Assembly (NCBI GenBank): GCA_963806225.1
Contig: CAWDXG010000004.1
Location: forward strand, 5,312,001 to 5,376,000
Reading direction: 5' to 3'
Length of the DNA stretch: 64,000 bases
Source: an uncultured delta proteobacterium
Lineage (GTDB): Bacteria; Myxococcota_A; Polyangia; Polyangiales; Polyangiaceae
In this document: in pieces, positions 1-8,227 of the stretch
Numbering within the stretch: the stretch's first letter is position 1
Layout: each line of letters opens with the position of its first letter
Translations under genes and position numbers: made by a program
Notes under the pieces: model-generated
The model's database searches: none
Told to the model about the DNA's origin: nothing
What the model saw: only the letters and a program-made list of their open reading frames with translations

Positions 1-6
1 GCTGCA

Positions 7-562
7 TCACGACACCGGTGTCAGCAGGACGACCGAGTAGCCGACGGCCTTCTTCCGCCCGCGGTTCGCGTAGGAGTGTCGCTGGTCGCCTCGGAAGACC
101 ACGACGTCCCCCTCGGCCAGGCGCCAGGTTTCGCCGGCGGCTACCAGCTCGAATCTCGCCGGTGTCGCAGGTCAGGTACTCGCGCGTTCCGGGGGTGTGC
201 GGCACGCCAATCAGGCGCGAACCGGACGGCAGCTCCAGCCGTTCGATCAGCGTCCCGGGCAGATTGTCAGGGAGCAGCGTGCGAACCTGCACCTGGCCGC
301 GGCTACGGGAGGGCAGCGAGCCCCGGGGATAGTGCTTCACGTCGGCGCGGGGAGCCGCCACCAGCTCCTCGAGCGAGACCTGCAGTGCCAGCGCCACGCG
401 GTGCAGCACGGCCAGGGTGGGGTTTGCGGCGCCCGACTCGATGTTGGCCCAGGTTGCCCGCGGCAGGCCGGACAGTCTCGCCATCTGCTGCTGGGTCGCG
501 CCGCGTGTGTCCCGCAACTGCTTGACGTTCTTTGCGAGCCGCTCCGGCAGGTCCTCCGCCAT
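7..562 (-). CDS. XRE-family HTH + cupin transcriptional regulator, interrupted by a +1 frameshift at ~152
   Basis: Not in the ORF track. Manual translation from ATG 562 gives MAEDLPERLAKNVKQLRDTRGATQQQMARLSGLPRATWANIESGAANPTLAVLHRVALALQVSLEEL (HTH_3-like), then cupin PHTPGTREYLTCDTGE. Removing one A at 152/153 continues IELVAAGETWRLAEGDVVVFRGDQRHSYAN to TGA at 7-9. Confidence 0.85.
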
Positions 563-573
563 GAATGCGATTT

Positions 574-587
574 GTCGACACGTTGTC
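574..587. promoter_or_regulatory. Candidate operator GTCGA-N4-TTGTC upstream of the XRE regulator
   Basis: Imperfect palindrome just upstream of the XRE ATG; resembles two sites at 6333-6366. Confidence 0.35.
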
Positions 588-632
588 CGGAAAGTCAACG
601 CGCTGGCGAATCGGGCGGCGGTGACGCTGCGC

Positions 633-2517
633 CTACTTCTTCATCGTAGGCGGTGGCAGCGGATCCGGAGGCGGAGGCGGAGGCGGCCTCTTCCGCGTCG
701 TCGGCGGCGGGGGCGGGTCGGGTGGCGGCAGGACGATCGAGCCGGCGTCGGCGCTCGACTCCGGTGGCGGCTGGGCGAACTGGCGGCCGCTCTTCGTCGG
801 CTGGCCCTTCTGCGCGCTGGCATCCTCGTGCAGGCTCGGCGGCGGTAGCGGATCCGGCGGAGGCGGGGGAGGGATCGGATCGCACGCCAGCGGGGACAGT
901 GCGATAGCCGCGGCCGCGGCGGCGGTCCAGCGCAGTGTGGGACGGGGACGCGACGCGCCCCGCGCGGCCGAGAGGATGGCGTGGCTTGCTTCGGCCACCT
1001 GGGCTTCGAGCGCGCGGTCGGCGCGCGCCACTTCTTCGGCGGTCAGCTGGGCAAACTCCTGGAAGGCCTGCGGATCCTCCGCGCGCGGAGACGCTGCGAA
1101 TTCCACGATGTCCTGCATGCGCGCGACCGCGTCGCGATTGACGCGCTCGATCGTGGCGACGGCACGGCGCCGGAGGCTGGAGGTCATCGACCGGGGATAG
1201 AACTGCTTGAGCAGGTGCAGGTAGTAGCCGAGCGACAGGTTCGAGTTCATCAGCCCGTCACAGCGGAAGTTCCGGTCGAGGAACGCCTTGGCGAAGACGC
1301 GGAACGCGCGCTCGGCCGCCGGATCGGCGATCTCGTAGTCCCAGCCGAACACATCGCCGATGAGCCGGCCTTCGCGGGCGAGCTTCGTGTGGAGCGGCGT
1401 GCCGGGATAGATCTCCGTGCGGCAGAAGTTCATCGGCACGTCGGCGTTGGCCCGGAGAAACGAAAGGCTCTGCCGCAGCGACGCGATGCTCGTCTGCGGA
1501 TCGAAGATCAGCATGTTGAAGCAGGCGTAGATGTCGCGGCGGCGCAGGAAGTCGAGCGCCCGCTGGTTGGCTTCGATGTCCACGCCGCGCCCGAGCGTCT
1601 TGAGCCCCTGCGAGCTCCCGGCCTCGATGCCGATGTACACGCGGAGCAGCCCGATCTCGTGCAGAACGGCGGAAGACGTCCTCGTCCAGGTCGTCGGGGC
1701 GCGCCTTGAGCACTAGCGCCACGTCGTCCACGCCGCGGGCGCCGAGCGCGTCGCGCAGCGCCGTGACGCGGCCCAGGTCACGCTCGTGGTTGCGCGTGAA
1801 GAAGTCGTCGTCGTGGAACACGAGCATCCGCGCGCCCCGCTCGCGCCGGAGCAGCGCGATCTCGTCGGCGATGTTGTCCGCGCTGCGCTCGCGGTAGCGC
1901 GCTCCGCCCGCGTCGTTGATGTAGGCGTTGATGCAGCAGAACGTGCAGTTGCCGTAGCAGCCGCGGCTGCCCACCACGAAGGCCGCCGGGATCCCCATGT
2001 GCAGCTGTGGCTCGCCGACACGTTTCGGAAAGCGCACGGCATCGAGATCGTCGATGAGCGCGCGCGTCGGCGCGACGTGGAGGCTGCCGTCCGCCTTGCG
2101 ATGCACCAGCCCCGCGATGCCGTCGACGGCGGCGCGCGCCTCGAGCCGCCCGCAGAGCTCCGGCAGCGTGAGCTCGCCTTCGTGTCGCACCACGCTGTCG
2201 AGGGCGGGGTAGCGCTCGAGCACCTCGCGGTAGGCGAAGGTCGGGAAGTGCCCGCCCGCGGTGATGTGGCCGGCGTAGCCCGCCGCGCGCAGATCCGTTG
2301 CGAGCTGGCCGAACTCCTCGGCGCGTCGCTGGAACGTCATCGACAGACCGACCAGATCGGGCCGATAGCGCGCTACCGCCCGCGCGACTCCGGCCGTGTC
2401 GTCGACCCCGGAGAACGCGGCCAGCTCCGTCTCGTGTCCTTCCGCTTCCAGCGCCGACGCCAGGTAGCGGATCGCCAGGTTCTCCTCGAGCTCCGAACCC
2501 ACCAAGAGCACACGCAT
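633..2517 (-). CDS. Cobalamin-binding (class B type) radical SAM protein with C-terminal lipobox-like segment and Pro-rich DPxPPP tail; +1 frameshift at ~1671
   Basis: ATG 2517 with GGGAGG RBS. N-terminal B12-binding-type motifs (NLAIRYLASAL, PDLVGLS, AGGHFPT, EGELTL), then SRGCYGNCTFC (CxxxCxxC) and FHDDDF. Removing one G at 1671/1672 joins DEDVF to AVLHEIGLLRVYIGIEAG of ORF 633-1640, giving ~627 aa. Confidence 0.9.
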
Positions 2518-2549
2518 CACGCACCTCCCGCGAAAGCCGCGAAGTCCGA

Positions 2550-2565
2550 AGCATTTGCCGTGCCC
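2550..2565 (-). promoter_or_regulatory. sigma-54 (-24/-12) promoter of the B12-radical SAM gene
   Basis: Minus strand GGGCACGGCAAATGCT = GG-N10-GC, close to TGGCACG-N4-TTGCW, ~33 nt before the ATG. Confidence 0.65.
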
Positions 2566-2591
2566 CGGGTCCGGTGTCGTGATTCCCCTGA

Positions 2592-3248
2592 CTATTCCGG
2601 TCGGGCGAGAGCCGGATTCGCGTAAAGGTTGCGTTGTCGGCTGTGCTGCGCGCTGCGATTGCCCGAACGGCTCGCCCGGATATGCCACAGCGCGTACGCC
2701 GACAGCCCCGCCACGGCGCCGAGCACGTGTGCGGCAGGCAGCAGCCGCACGTCGTGTCCGAGGTCAGGTGCCAGGATGGCTTGACCGACGACAAGTTCGT
2801 ATCCGAGCTTCGCGATGTAGGCGACGACGGCAATCCCGACGAGCGCTGGCGCGCCGCGCAGGCGCCGGATGCGCGACGACGTGCCGAGCACGCACAGCAC
2901 CATCGTGGCAAGCGCGAGATCCACGCCGGACAGTCCGCGGTAGTGCGTGACCGCCGGGCAGAACAAGAGGATGCCGGGGCCGATGGCGGCGAGCGACAGC
3001 AGCACGCCGCCGAGCAGCAGTCGTCGCGAGCGCGCCTCGATGATGGCGGCCCAGCCGGAGAACCCGAGGATGTCGCCGAGGGCGTGGGCGGGGCCGTAGT
3101 GCACGAACTGCCCTGTCACCACGCGCCACCACTGCCCGCCCAGCACAGCGGCGCGATCGAGCTCGAACGCTCCGCGCGACCCGAGACCCACCGCCAGCAG
3201 GGCGAGCAGCAGGGTGAGCCACGGGCCGCGGCGGAGCAGCGCCTTCAT
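2592..3248 (-). CDS. rrtA: Rhombosortase (rhomboid-family intramembrane serine protease)
   Basis: DRAAVLGGQWWRVVTGQFVH, catalytic YRGLSG and AAHVLG motifs, multiple TM segments; ATGA overlap with the upstream VIT-vWA gene. Confidence 0.85.
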   Translation of the reverse strand: MKALLRRGPWLTLLLALLAVGLGSRGAFELDRAAVLGGQWWRVVTGQFVHYGPAHALGDILGFSGWAAIIEARSRRLLLGGVLLSLAAIGPGILLFCPAVTHYRGLSGVDLALATMVLCVLGTSSRIRRLRGAPALVGIAVVAYIAKLGYELVVGQAILAPDLGHDVRLLPAAHVLGAVAGLSAYALWHIRASRSGNRSAQHSRQRNLYANPALARPE

Positions 3249-5191
3249 GCCGCGTCCTTCCGCTTGCGGCGATCCAGCGACGAAACGACCCCGAGTCCCA
3301 GTGCGAGGAACGCGAACAGGGCGAGCAGCACCGGGTCGACGGCGCCGCCCGAGTACAGCGGGCCACTGCTGGACCCCGAGCTGCTCGAACCACCGCTCGA
3401 GCTCCCACTGCGTCTGCCGTCGTCTTCCACGCCGTACTGCTTCAGCGTCTTGTCGTCGACGACGATCATCGCCGTGTAGTCGGTAACCAGCTGGTAGTCG
3501 ACGCCGAGCTCGGTGATGCGCGCCTTCGCGTCGGCATCGGAGATCATTCCGAGCAGGTTCTCGCGCTCGATGGCGTGCACCATGTCGAGTGCCCAGAGTT
3601 GCTGGATCTCCGGGTTGTCGGTGTCCCTTGCCGGAAGGTCGACCGCATCATCGATCGAGACGGGTCCCTTGCCGCTGGCGCGGGCGGAGAGCTTCAGTTG
3701 GGCGACGCCGGGCTGGGCATAGCGCCCGAACAGCACGAGCTGCTGTCCCTGGTAGATCTTGGTCAGGCAGAAGTCGGTCGTATCCGAGACGCCGTCGCCG
3801 GAGATCTGGAGCTTCACGTCGCGCAGCGCCTGGTGGGTGGCCTTGTCGAACGCGAGCTGGGTCTGGGTGGCGATGTCGTCCTGGTTCGAGACCTGCGCGT
3901 AGAACCCGCCCGAGGCCTCGGTGAGGATGCGCATGAGCGGCCAGTTCGCGTTGTTGCCCATCAGCATCCCGTAGATGCGGATGTCGTCCTGTCGCATCAG
4001 CTGGTCGAACGCGGCCGGCTCCAGGATGCCCTCGTTGGTCTCCGCGTCGGTCACCAGGAAGGTGGAGACCACGCGATCGGAATCGAGGTTCTTCAGGCCT
4101 TCCATCAGGCCGCCGTACAGGTTCGTGCCGCCTTCGACCGCCAGCCCCTGCACCCGGGAGCTGACCATCGCGACGTTGGCTGCCGTCGCGTCGAGCCAAC
4201 CGCCGGAGATGTCGTGTGTGCCGTCGCTGAAGGTGATGACGCGGAAACGGTCCGTCGCCTTCAGCTTGGCGAGCGCCTCGACGACGGCGTTGATGAGCGT
4301 GTCGAGCTTGCTCTCCATGCTCCCCGACACGTCCAGCACGAACACGTAGTTGCTGCCGCCGGTGATCGAACCGAGATCGATCCCCGGCGTGAGGATCATC
4401 ATGAACGTCCCTTTGCCGGACCCGTCGCGGTAGGGCACGAAGTCGAGCCGCTGGTGCTGGTTGTTCTCGAAGCGGTAGTTGAAGACCAGATCCTTGCCGA
4501 GGCTGCCGGGTGACGCCGTGAGGCTCACGCGGTAGTGTCCCGCACCGAGCTTCGTCACGCTTGGGCTCAGCCCGGGCATGCTCACCTCGCTTATCGGCAG
4601 GGCGCTCTGGAGCTCGAGGTCGAAGCTGAACGTGCCCGTCACGTTCTGGTTGCCGGTCCAGGGCGTAGGCGACGTGCCGCCGTTCTCGAGCGGATACAGG
4701 TAGCGCCCGACCGCGCCGCCGATTTCCAGCGGTTCGTAGTACACGAAGCTCATCTCTGCTTGCGAGTGCGCGGGGATATTCGCCACGGAGAAGCGGAAGT
4801 TCTGGTGGCCGTTCTTGGTGGCCAGCCCCGCCTGCTGCCCGGTGCTCTTCTGCTGGTCGTAGATCTTCTGGGCCTGGTCGCGCGGCAGCACCTTGCCGTT
4901 CATCACGCGGTCGCCGATCACGATCTTCATCTGCGAGAGCGCGGCGTTTTCCGGGATCGGAAACTCGTAGATGGCGTCGATCGGCGTGTCGTTCGTGTTC
5001 TTGAAGACCTGTGTCACCTTTGTGCGCGCGAAGCCGTTGTCCAGCACGACTTCCACATGGTGACTGACGATCTCGGCGTACGTGCCGCTCGCCGTGTCCT
5101 TCAGCGTTCCCGCGGCGTGTGCCGTCGCCGAAAGGCCGCACATCACCCACGCCGCGCAGCAGAGCGCGGCCAGAACAAGCTTCCAGCGCAT
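3245..5191 (-). CDS. Secreted VIT + vWA domain protein with C-terminal GlyGly-CTERM-like sorting signal
   Basis: Signal peptide; VIT domain (FARTKVTQVFKN..EFPIPENAAL); MIDAS DVSGS..GGTN..VTD; Ser/Gly linker, then SGGAVDP + hydrophobic helix + RRKRK. Confidence 0.9.
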   Translation of the reverse strand: MRWKLVLAALCCAAWVMCGLSATAHAAGTLKDTASGTYAEIVSHHVEVVLDNGFARTKVTQVFKNTNDTPIDAIYEFPIPENAALSQMKIVIGDRVMNGKVLPRDQAQKIYDQQKSTGQQAGLATKNGHQNFRFSVANIPAHSQAEMSFVYYEPLEIGGAVGRYLYPLENGGTSPTPWTGNQNVTGTFSFDLELQSALPISEVSMPGLSPSVTKLGAGHYRVSLTASPGSLGKDLVFNYRFENNQHQRLDFVPYRDGSGKGTFMMILTPGIDLGSITGGSNYVFVLDVSGSMESKLDTLINAVVEALAKLKATDRFRVITFSDGTHDISGGWLDATAANVAMVSSRVQGLAVEGGTNLYGGLMEGLKNLDSDRVVSTFLVTDAETNEGILEPAAFDQLMRQDDIRIYGMLMGNNANWPLMRILTEASGGFYAQVSNQDDIATQTQLAFDKATHQALRDVKLQISGDGVSDTTDFCLTKIYQGQQLVLFGRYAQPGVAQLKLSARASGKGPVSIDDAVDLPARDTDNPEIQQLWALDMVHAIERENLLGMISDADAKARITELGVDYQLVTDYTAMIVVDDKTLKQYGVEDDGRRSGSSSGGSSSSGSSSGPLYSGGAVDPVLLALFAFLALGLGVVSSLDRRKRKDAA

Positions 5192-5227
5192 ATCCCGACT
5201 CCTTGGAAATTGGTTGAACCAGCCCCT

Positions 5228-5243
5228 AGCAAGGCCTGTGCCG
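5228..5243 (-). promoter_or_regulatory. sigma-54 promoter of the VIT-vWA/rhombosortase operon
   Basis: Minus strand CGGCACAGGCCTTGCT = GG-N10-GC with TTGC, ~37 nt upstream of ATG 5191. Confidence 0.7.
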
Positions 5244-5395
5244 CGTGCTGGAAATGACCAGGAAGTATCGAGAATTGTGCTGGAAACCCGAGACGCACCC
5301 CATTGCGGGAAGCCGTGTCACTGGGCGCGGCGTGCCGCGTGGCGTGCGCCGCGTGCAACACCGTGTGGCGCGTGCGGCCCGATGTGCGCGTCGGC

Positions 5396-6211
5396 TCAGC
5401 CCACCGGTCGTCCGATCGCGATCCGCGTTTCGAACGTACGCCAGCGCAGGCCCGACCAGCCGTAGGCACGCGGCGCGCCGGTATCCGGATCGGCGACGAT
5501 CAGGATCGTGCCGAAGCCGAAGCCATTCCGTCCTTCGCGGGTATCGTCATCGTGCAAGAGGTGCGTGGAATCGGCTACGCGCAACAGATACCCGTGCTCG
5601 ACCTCGGGTACCGGCAGCGGCGCAAGCACGATGAACGCGACGTGCCCGGTGTTCGGCGACTTGATGATCTTCGGCTTGATCCAGGCGATCACGTCTCCGG
5701 GTCTTGCGTCTTCCACGCGCTGGATCCGCTGCCAGCCGCCGCGGGCCTTGCCGAAAGGAACGCGCGCGATCCGGCGCTCGTAGTCGCGAGCCAGCGGGCG
5801 CCCGCCGAGGCCGGACGCGCTCGTTTCTTCCGCACGCGGCGCTGAGTGCCGTAGCGCCCAGGCCACGAACCCCGAGCAGTCGAAGGCGTACACGCCCTTC
5901 TTCTCGTCGACCTGGAAGCCGTGCGTGTACTTCGTCTCGGTCAGGGTGGCGGTCATGTGGCCGAGCAGGCGCATCACCGGGTTCGCGTCCCAGTCGATGT
6001 CTGCGTCGGATAGCCTCGGCGGGGGCGGCGGCGGATCCGGCGGCCTGTCGGTGGTGGAATGGGGGAGCAGCGGACGGGCGGGATCGGCGGGCGGCGCTAT
6101 GGGCGCTGGCGACGGCCGGGCAGCGGTCAGCGCGGGCTCGTGGCCGCATCCCGCGGCGGCGAACAGCCCGAGCGCGGCCAGAAGGCCGATCCTCTCGAGA
6201 CGTCGTCGCAT
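5396..6211 (-). CDS. Lipoprotein with NlpC/P60/CHAP-like (papain-fold) catalytic domain
   Basis: Likely start ATG 6211 (MRRRLERIGLLAALGLFAAAGC, lipobox); Pro-rich linker; FDCSGFV, ARPGDVIAW, TGHV motifs. Confidence 0.75.
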   Translation of the reverse strand: MRRRLERIGLLAALGLFAAAGCGHEPALTAARPSPAPIAPPADPARPLLPHSTTDRPPDPPPPPPRLSDADIDWDANPVMRLLGHMTATLTETKYTHGFQVDEKKGVYAFDCSGFVAWALRHSAPRAEETSASGLGGRPLARDYERRIARVPFGKARGGWQRIQRVEDARPGDVIAWIKPKIIKSPNTGHVAFIVLAPLPVPEVEHGYLLRVADSTHLLHDDDTREGRNGFGFGTILIVADPDTGAPRAYGWSGLRWRTFETRIAIGRPVG

Positions 6212-6332
6212 GTGGATTTGTACGGCAGGCGGCATGGAGGCGTTCCCGCGCCGGCGGCGCCTGGATCCAGACACCGCCGCCACACGCCGGATTGGGTGGA
6301 AGTCGCTGCGCCTGCCAGCCGAGTAGTCATCC

Positions 6333-6366
6333 GCCAACAGATTGGCGCCAGAGACAACATCCTGTC
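6333..6366. promoter_or_regulatory. Tandem palindromic operators upstream of the SDR/QueA-like operon
   Basis: GCCAA-CAGA-TTGGC (6333-6346, perfect) and GACAA-CATC-CTGTC (6353-6366), 20 bp apart. Confidence 0.5.
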
Positions 6367-6403
6367 CGACGGGGCCCATGCTGGCTGGCATGGAGGTGCT
6401 CAC

Positions 6404-7120
6404 ATGAAGCTTCAAGGAAAGTCCGCATTGGTGACCGGCGCGAGCCGGGGTCTCGGGGCCGCGCTGGCGCGGCGATTGGCAGAACGCGGTGCGCGCGTGG
6501 TGGGCGTGGCGCGCGGCCGCGAAGCGCTCGAAACCGTCGTGGAGTCGATCCGCGCAGGGGGGCACGAGGCCCACGCCCTGGTCGCCGACCTCGGCGACAA
6601 GGCCGCCATCCACCGCGTCGCCGGTGCCGCGGCGGAGCTCGCGGGCCCCATCGACCTCCTGGTGCACAACGCCAGCGAGCTCGGCCCGACGCCGCTCAGA
6701 CTGCTGCTCGACACGGAATGCGAGGACCTGTCGCGCGTGCTCGAGGTGAACCTGCTCGGGCCGTTCCGGCTCACCAAGGCCGTGGCCGGGTCGATGGCGC
6801 TGCGCGGCGGCGGGCTGGTCGTGCACCTGAGCTCGGACGCCGCCGTCAACGCCTACCCTACGTGGGGCGCCTACTCGGTGTCGAAGGCGGCGCTCGATCA
6901 CCTGACGCGGCTCTGGGCCGTCGAGCTCGCCGGGCTCGGCGTGCGTGTGCTCTCGGTCGACCCGGGCGATATGGACACCGCCATGCACGTCGCGGCGATC
7001 CCCGACGCTGACCCGTCCGGGCTCGCCGAGCCCGACGCCGTCGCGGTGCGCCTCGTCTCGATGATCGAGACGAACGACGGCCTGGAGAGCGGATCGCGCA
7101 TCGAGCTGGGGGCGGCGTGA
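6404..7120 (+). CDS. SDR family oxidoreductase
   Basis: GGAGG RBS and ATG 6404; TGASRGLG, HNAS, SS, YSVSK (YxxxK), VDPGDMDT. Confidence 0.92.
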   Translation: MKLQGKSALVTGASRGLGAALARRLAERGARVVGVARGREALETVVESIRAGGHEAHALVADLGDKAAIHRVAGAAAELAGPIDLLVHNASELGPTPLRLLLDTECEDLSRVLEVNLLGPFRLTKAVAGSMALRGGGLVVHLSSDAAVNAYPTWGAYSVSKAALDHLTRLWAVELAGLGVRVLSVDPGDMDTAMHVAAIPDADPSGLAEPDAVAVRLVSMIETNDGLESGSRIELGAA

Positions 7121-8145
7121 GACCCGCCACCTGGCCGCGCGACGATCCCGCGTCGGGGCGCCTGCTCGTCGTGGATGCTGCATCCGCCGCACTACGCGGC
7201 GCGCGACTGACGGAGCTGCCGGATCTGCTGGCACCGGGCGATCTGCTCGTGGTCAACGATGCTGCGACGCTGCCCGCGTCGCTGGCCGGCAAGACAGCCG
7301 CTGGACAGCCCGTGGAGCTCAGGCTGGCCCGCGCGCTCGGTGCAGGCGCGTTCCAGGCCGTGATTTTCGGGGCTAGCGACTGGCGCGTGCCGACGGAGCG
7401 CCGTCCACCGCCGCCGGAGCTCGGTGCAGGCGAACGCCTGCATTTCGCCGCGGCGCTGCACGCGGACATCACGGCCGTCGACGCCGACGAGCCGCGTCTC
7501 GTCGAGGTCGAGTTCGACCGGCAGGGCGACGCCCTGTGGCAGGCGCTCTACGCAGTCGGGCGCCCGGTGCAGTATGCCTACCAGCGCGCGCCGCTTTCGC
7601 TCTGGCACACGCAGAGCCGCTTCGCATCGCGTCCCTGGTCCTTTGAAGCGCCTTCGGCGGGGCTGCCGCTATCCTGGCGGCTGTTGCTCGCCGCGCGCCG
7701 TCGCGGCATCGGCCTTGCAGCCGTCACGCACGCCGCCGGTCTCTCGTCCACCGGCAGCGCATCGCTCGACGCGCGCCTCCCGCTGCCCGAGCGCTTCGAA
7801 GTGCCCGGATCCACCGCCGCGGCGGTGCGCCGCACGCGCGAAGTGGGCGGCCGCGTTATCGCCGTCGGCACCACGGTCGTGCGCGCGCTCGAGTCGCAGG
7901 CGCTGTGCTCCGGCGACGTCTTCGAAGCCGGCTCCGGCGAGGCTACGCTCCTGCTCGGCCCCGGCTATCGCCGCCGCGTCGTCGACGCCCTGCTCACCGG
8001 CATCCACGAGCCCGGCACCAGCCACTTCACCCTGCTCGAAGCCTTCGCACCCCGCGCCCTGCTCGAGCGCTCTCTCGAGCACGCGGCGCTGGACGGATAT
8101 CTGCTGCACGAGTTCGGGGACTCCATGCTCCTCTTCGCGAGTTGA
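7117..8145 (+). CDS. Divergent QueA-like protein (SAM:tRNA ribosyltransferase-isomerase fold)
   Basis: GDLLVVND, EAPSAG, VIAVGTTVVRALES, LLTGIHEP, HEFGDSML; GTGA overlap with the SDR. Confidence 0.85.
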   Translation: MRPATWPRDDPASGRLLVVDAASAALRGARLTELPDLLAPGDLLVVNDAATLPASLAGKTAAGQPVELRLARALGAGAFQAVIFGASDWRVPTERRPPPPELGAGERLHFAAALHADITAVDADEPRLVEVEFDRQGDALWQALYAVGRPVQYAYQRAPLSLWHTQSRFASRPWSFEAPSAGLPLSWRLLLAARRRGIGLAAVTHAAGLSSTGSASLDARLPLPERFEVPGSTAAAVRRTREVGGRVIAVGTTVVRALESQALCSGDVFEAGSGEATLLLGPGYRRRVVDALLTGIHEPGTSHFTLLEAFAPRALLERSLEHAALDGYLLHEFGDSMLLFAS

Positions 8146-8227
8146 TTGGGGGCAGCTTGCCGCGCGGGACACTTGACGCGCCACCGGAGTGATGGACCTA
8201 TTGGCGGCTTCAAAGCGGAGGGCACAG

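Noticed and set aside
5320..5392. CGTG-rich run upstream of the VIT-vWA sigma-54 promoter as enhancer sites
   Set aside because: Position is suitable, but no clear repeat unit or palindrome can be defined.
7117..8145. Assigning the gene symbol queA
   Set aside because: Several canonical motifs are replaced and the context is atypical; treated as a paralog.
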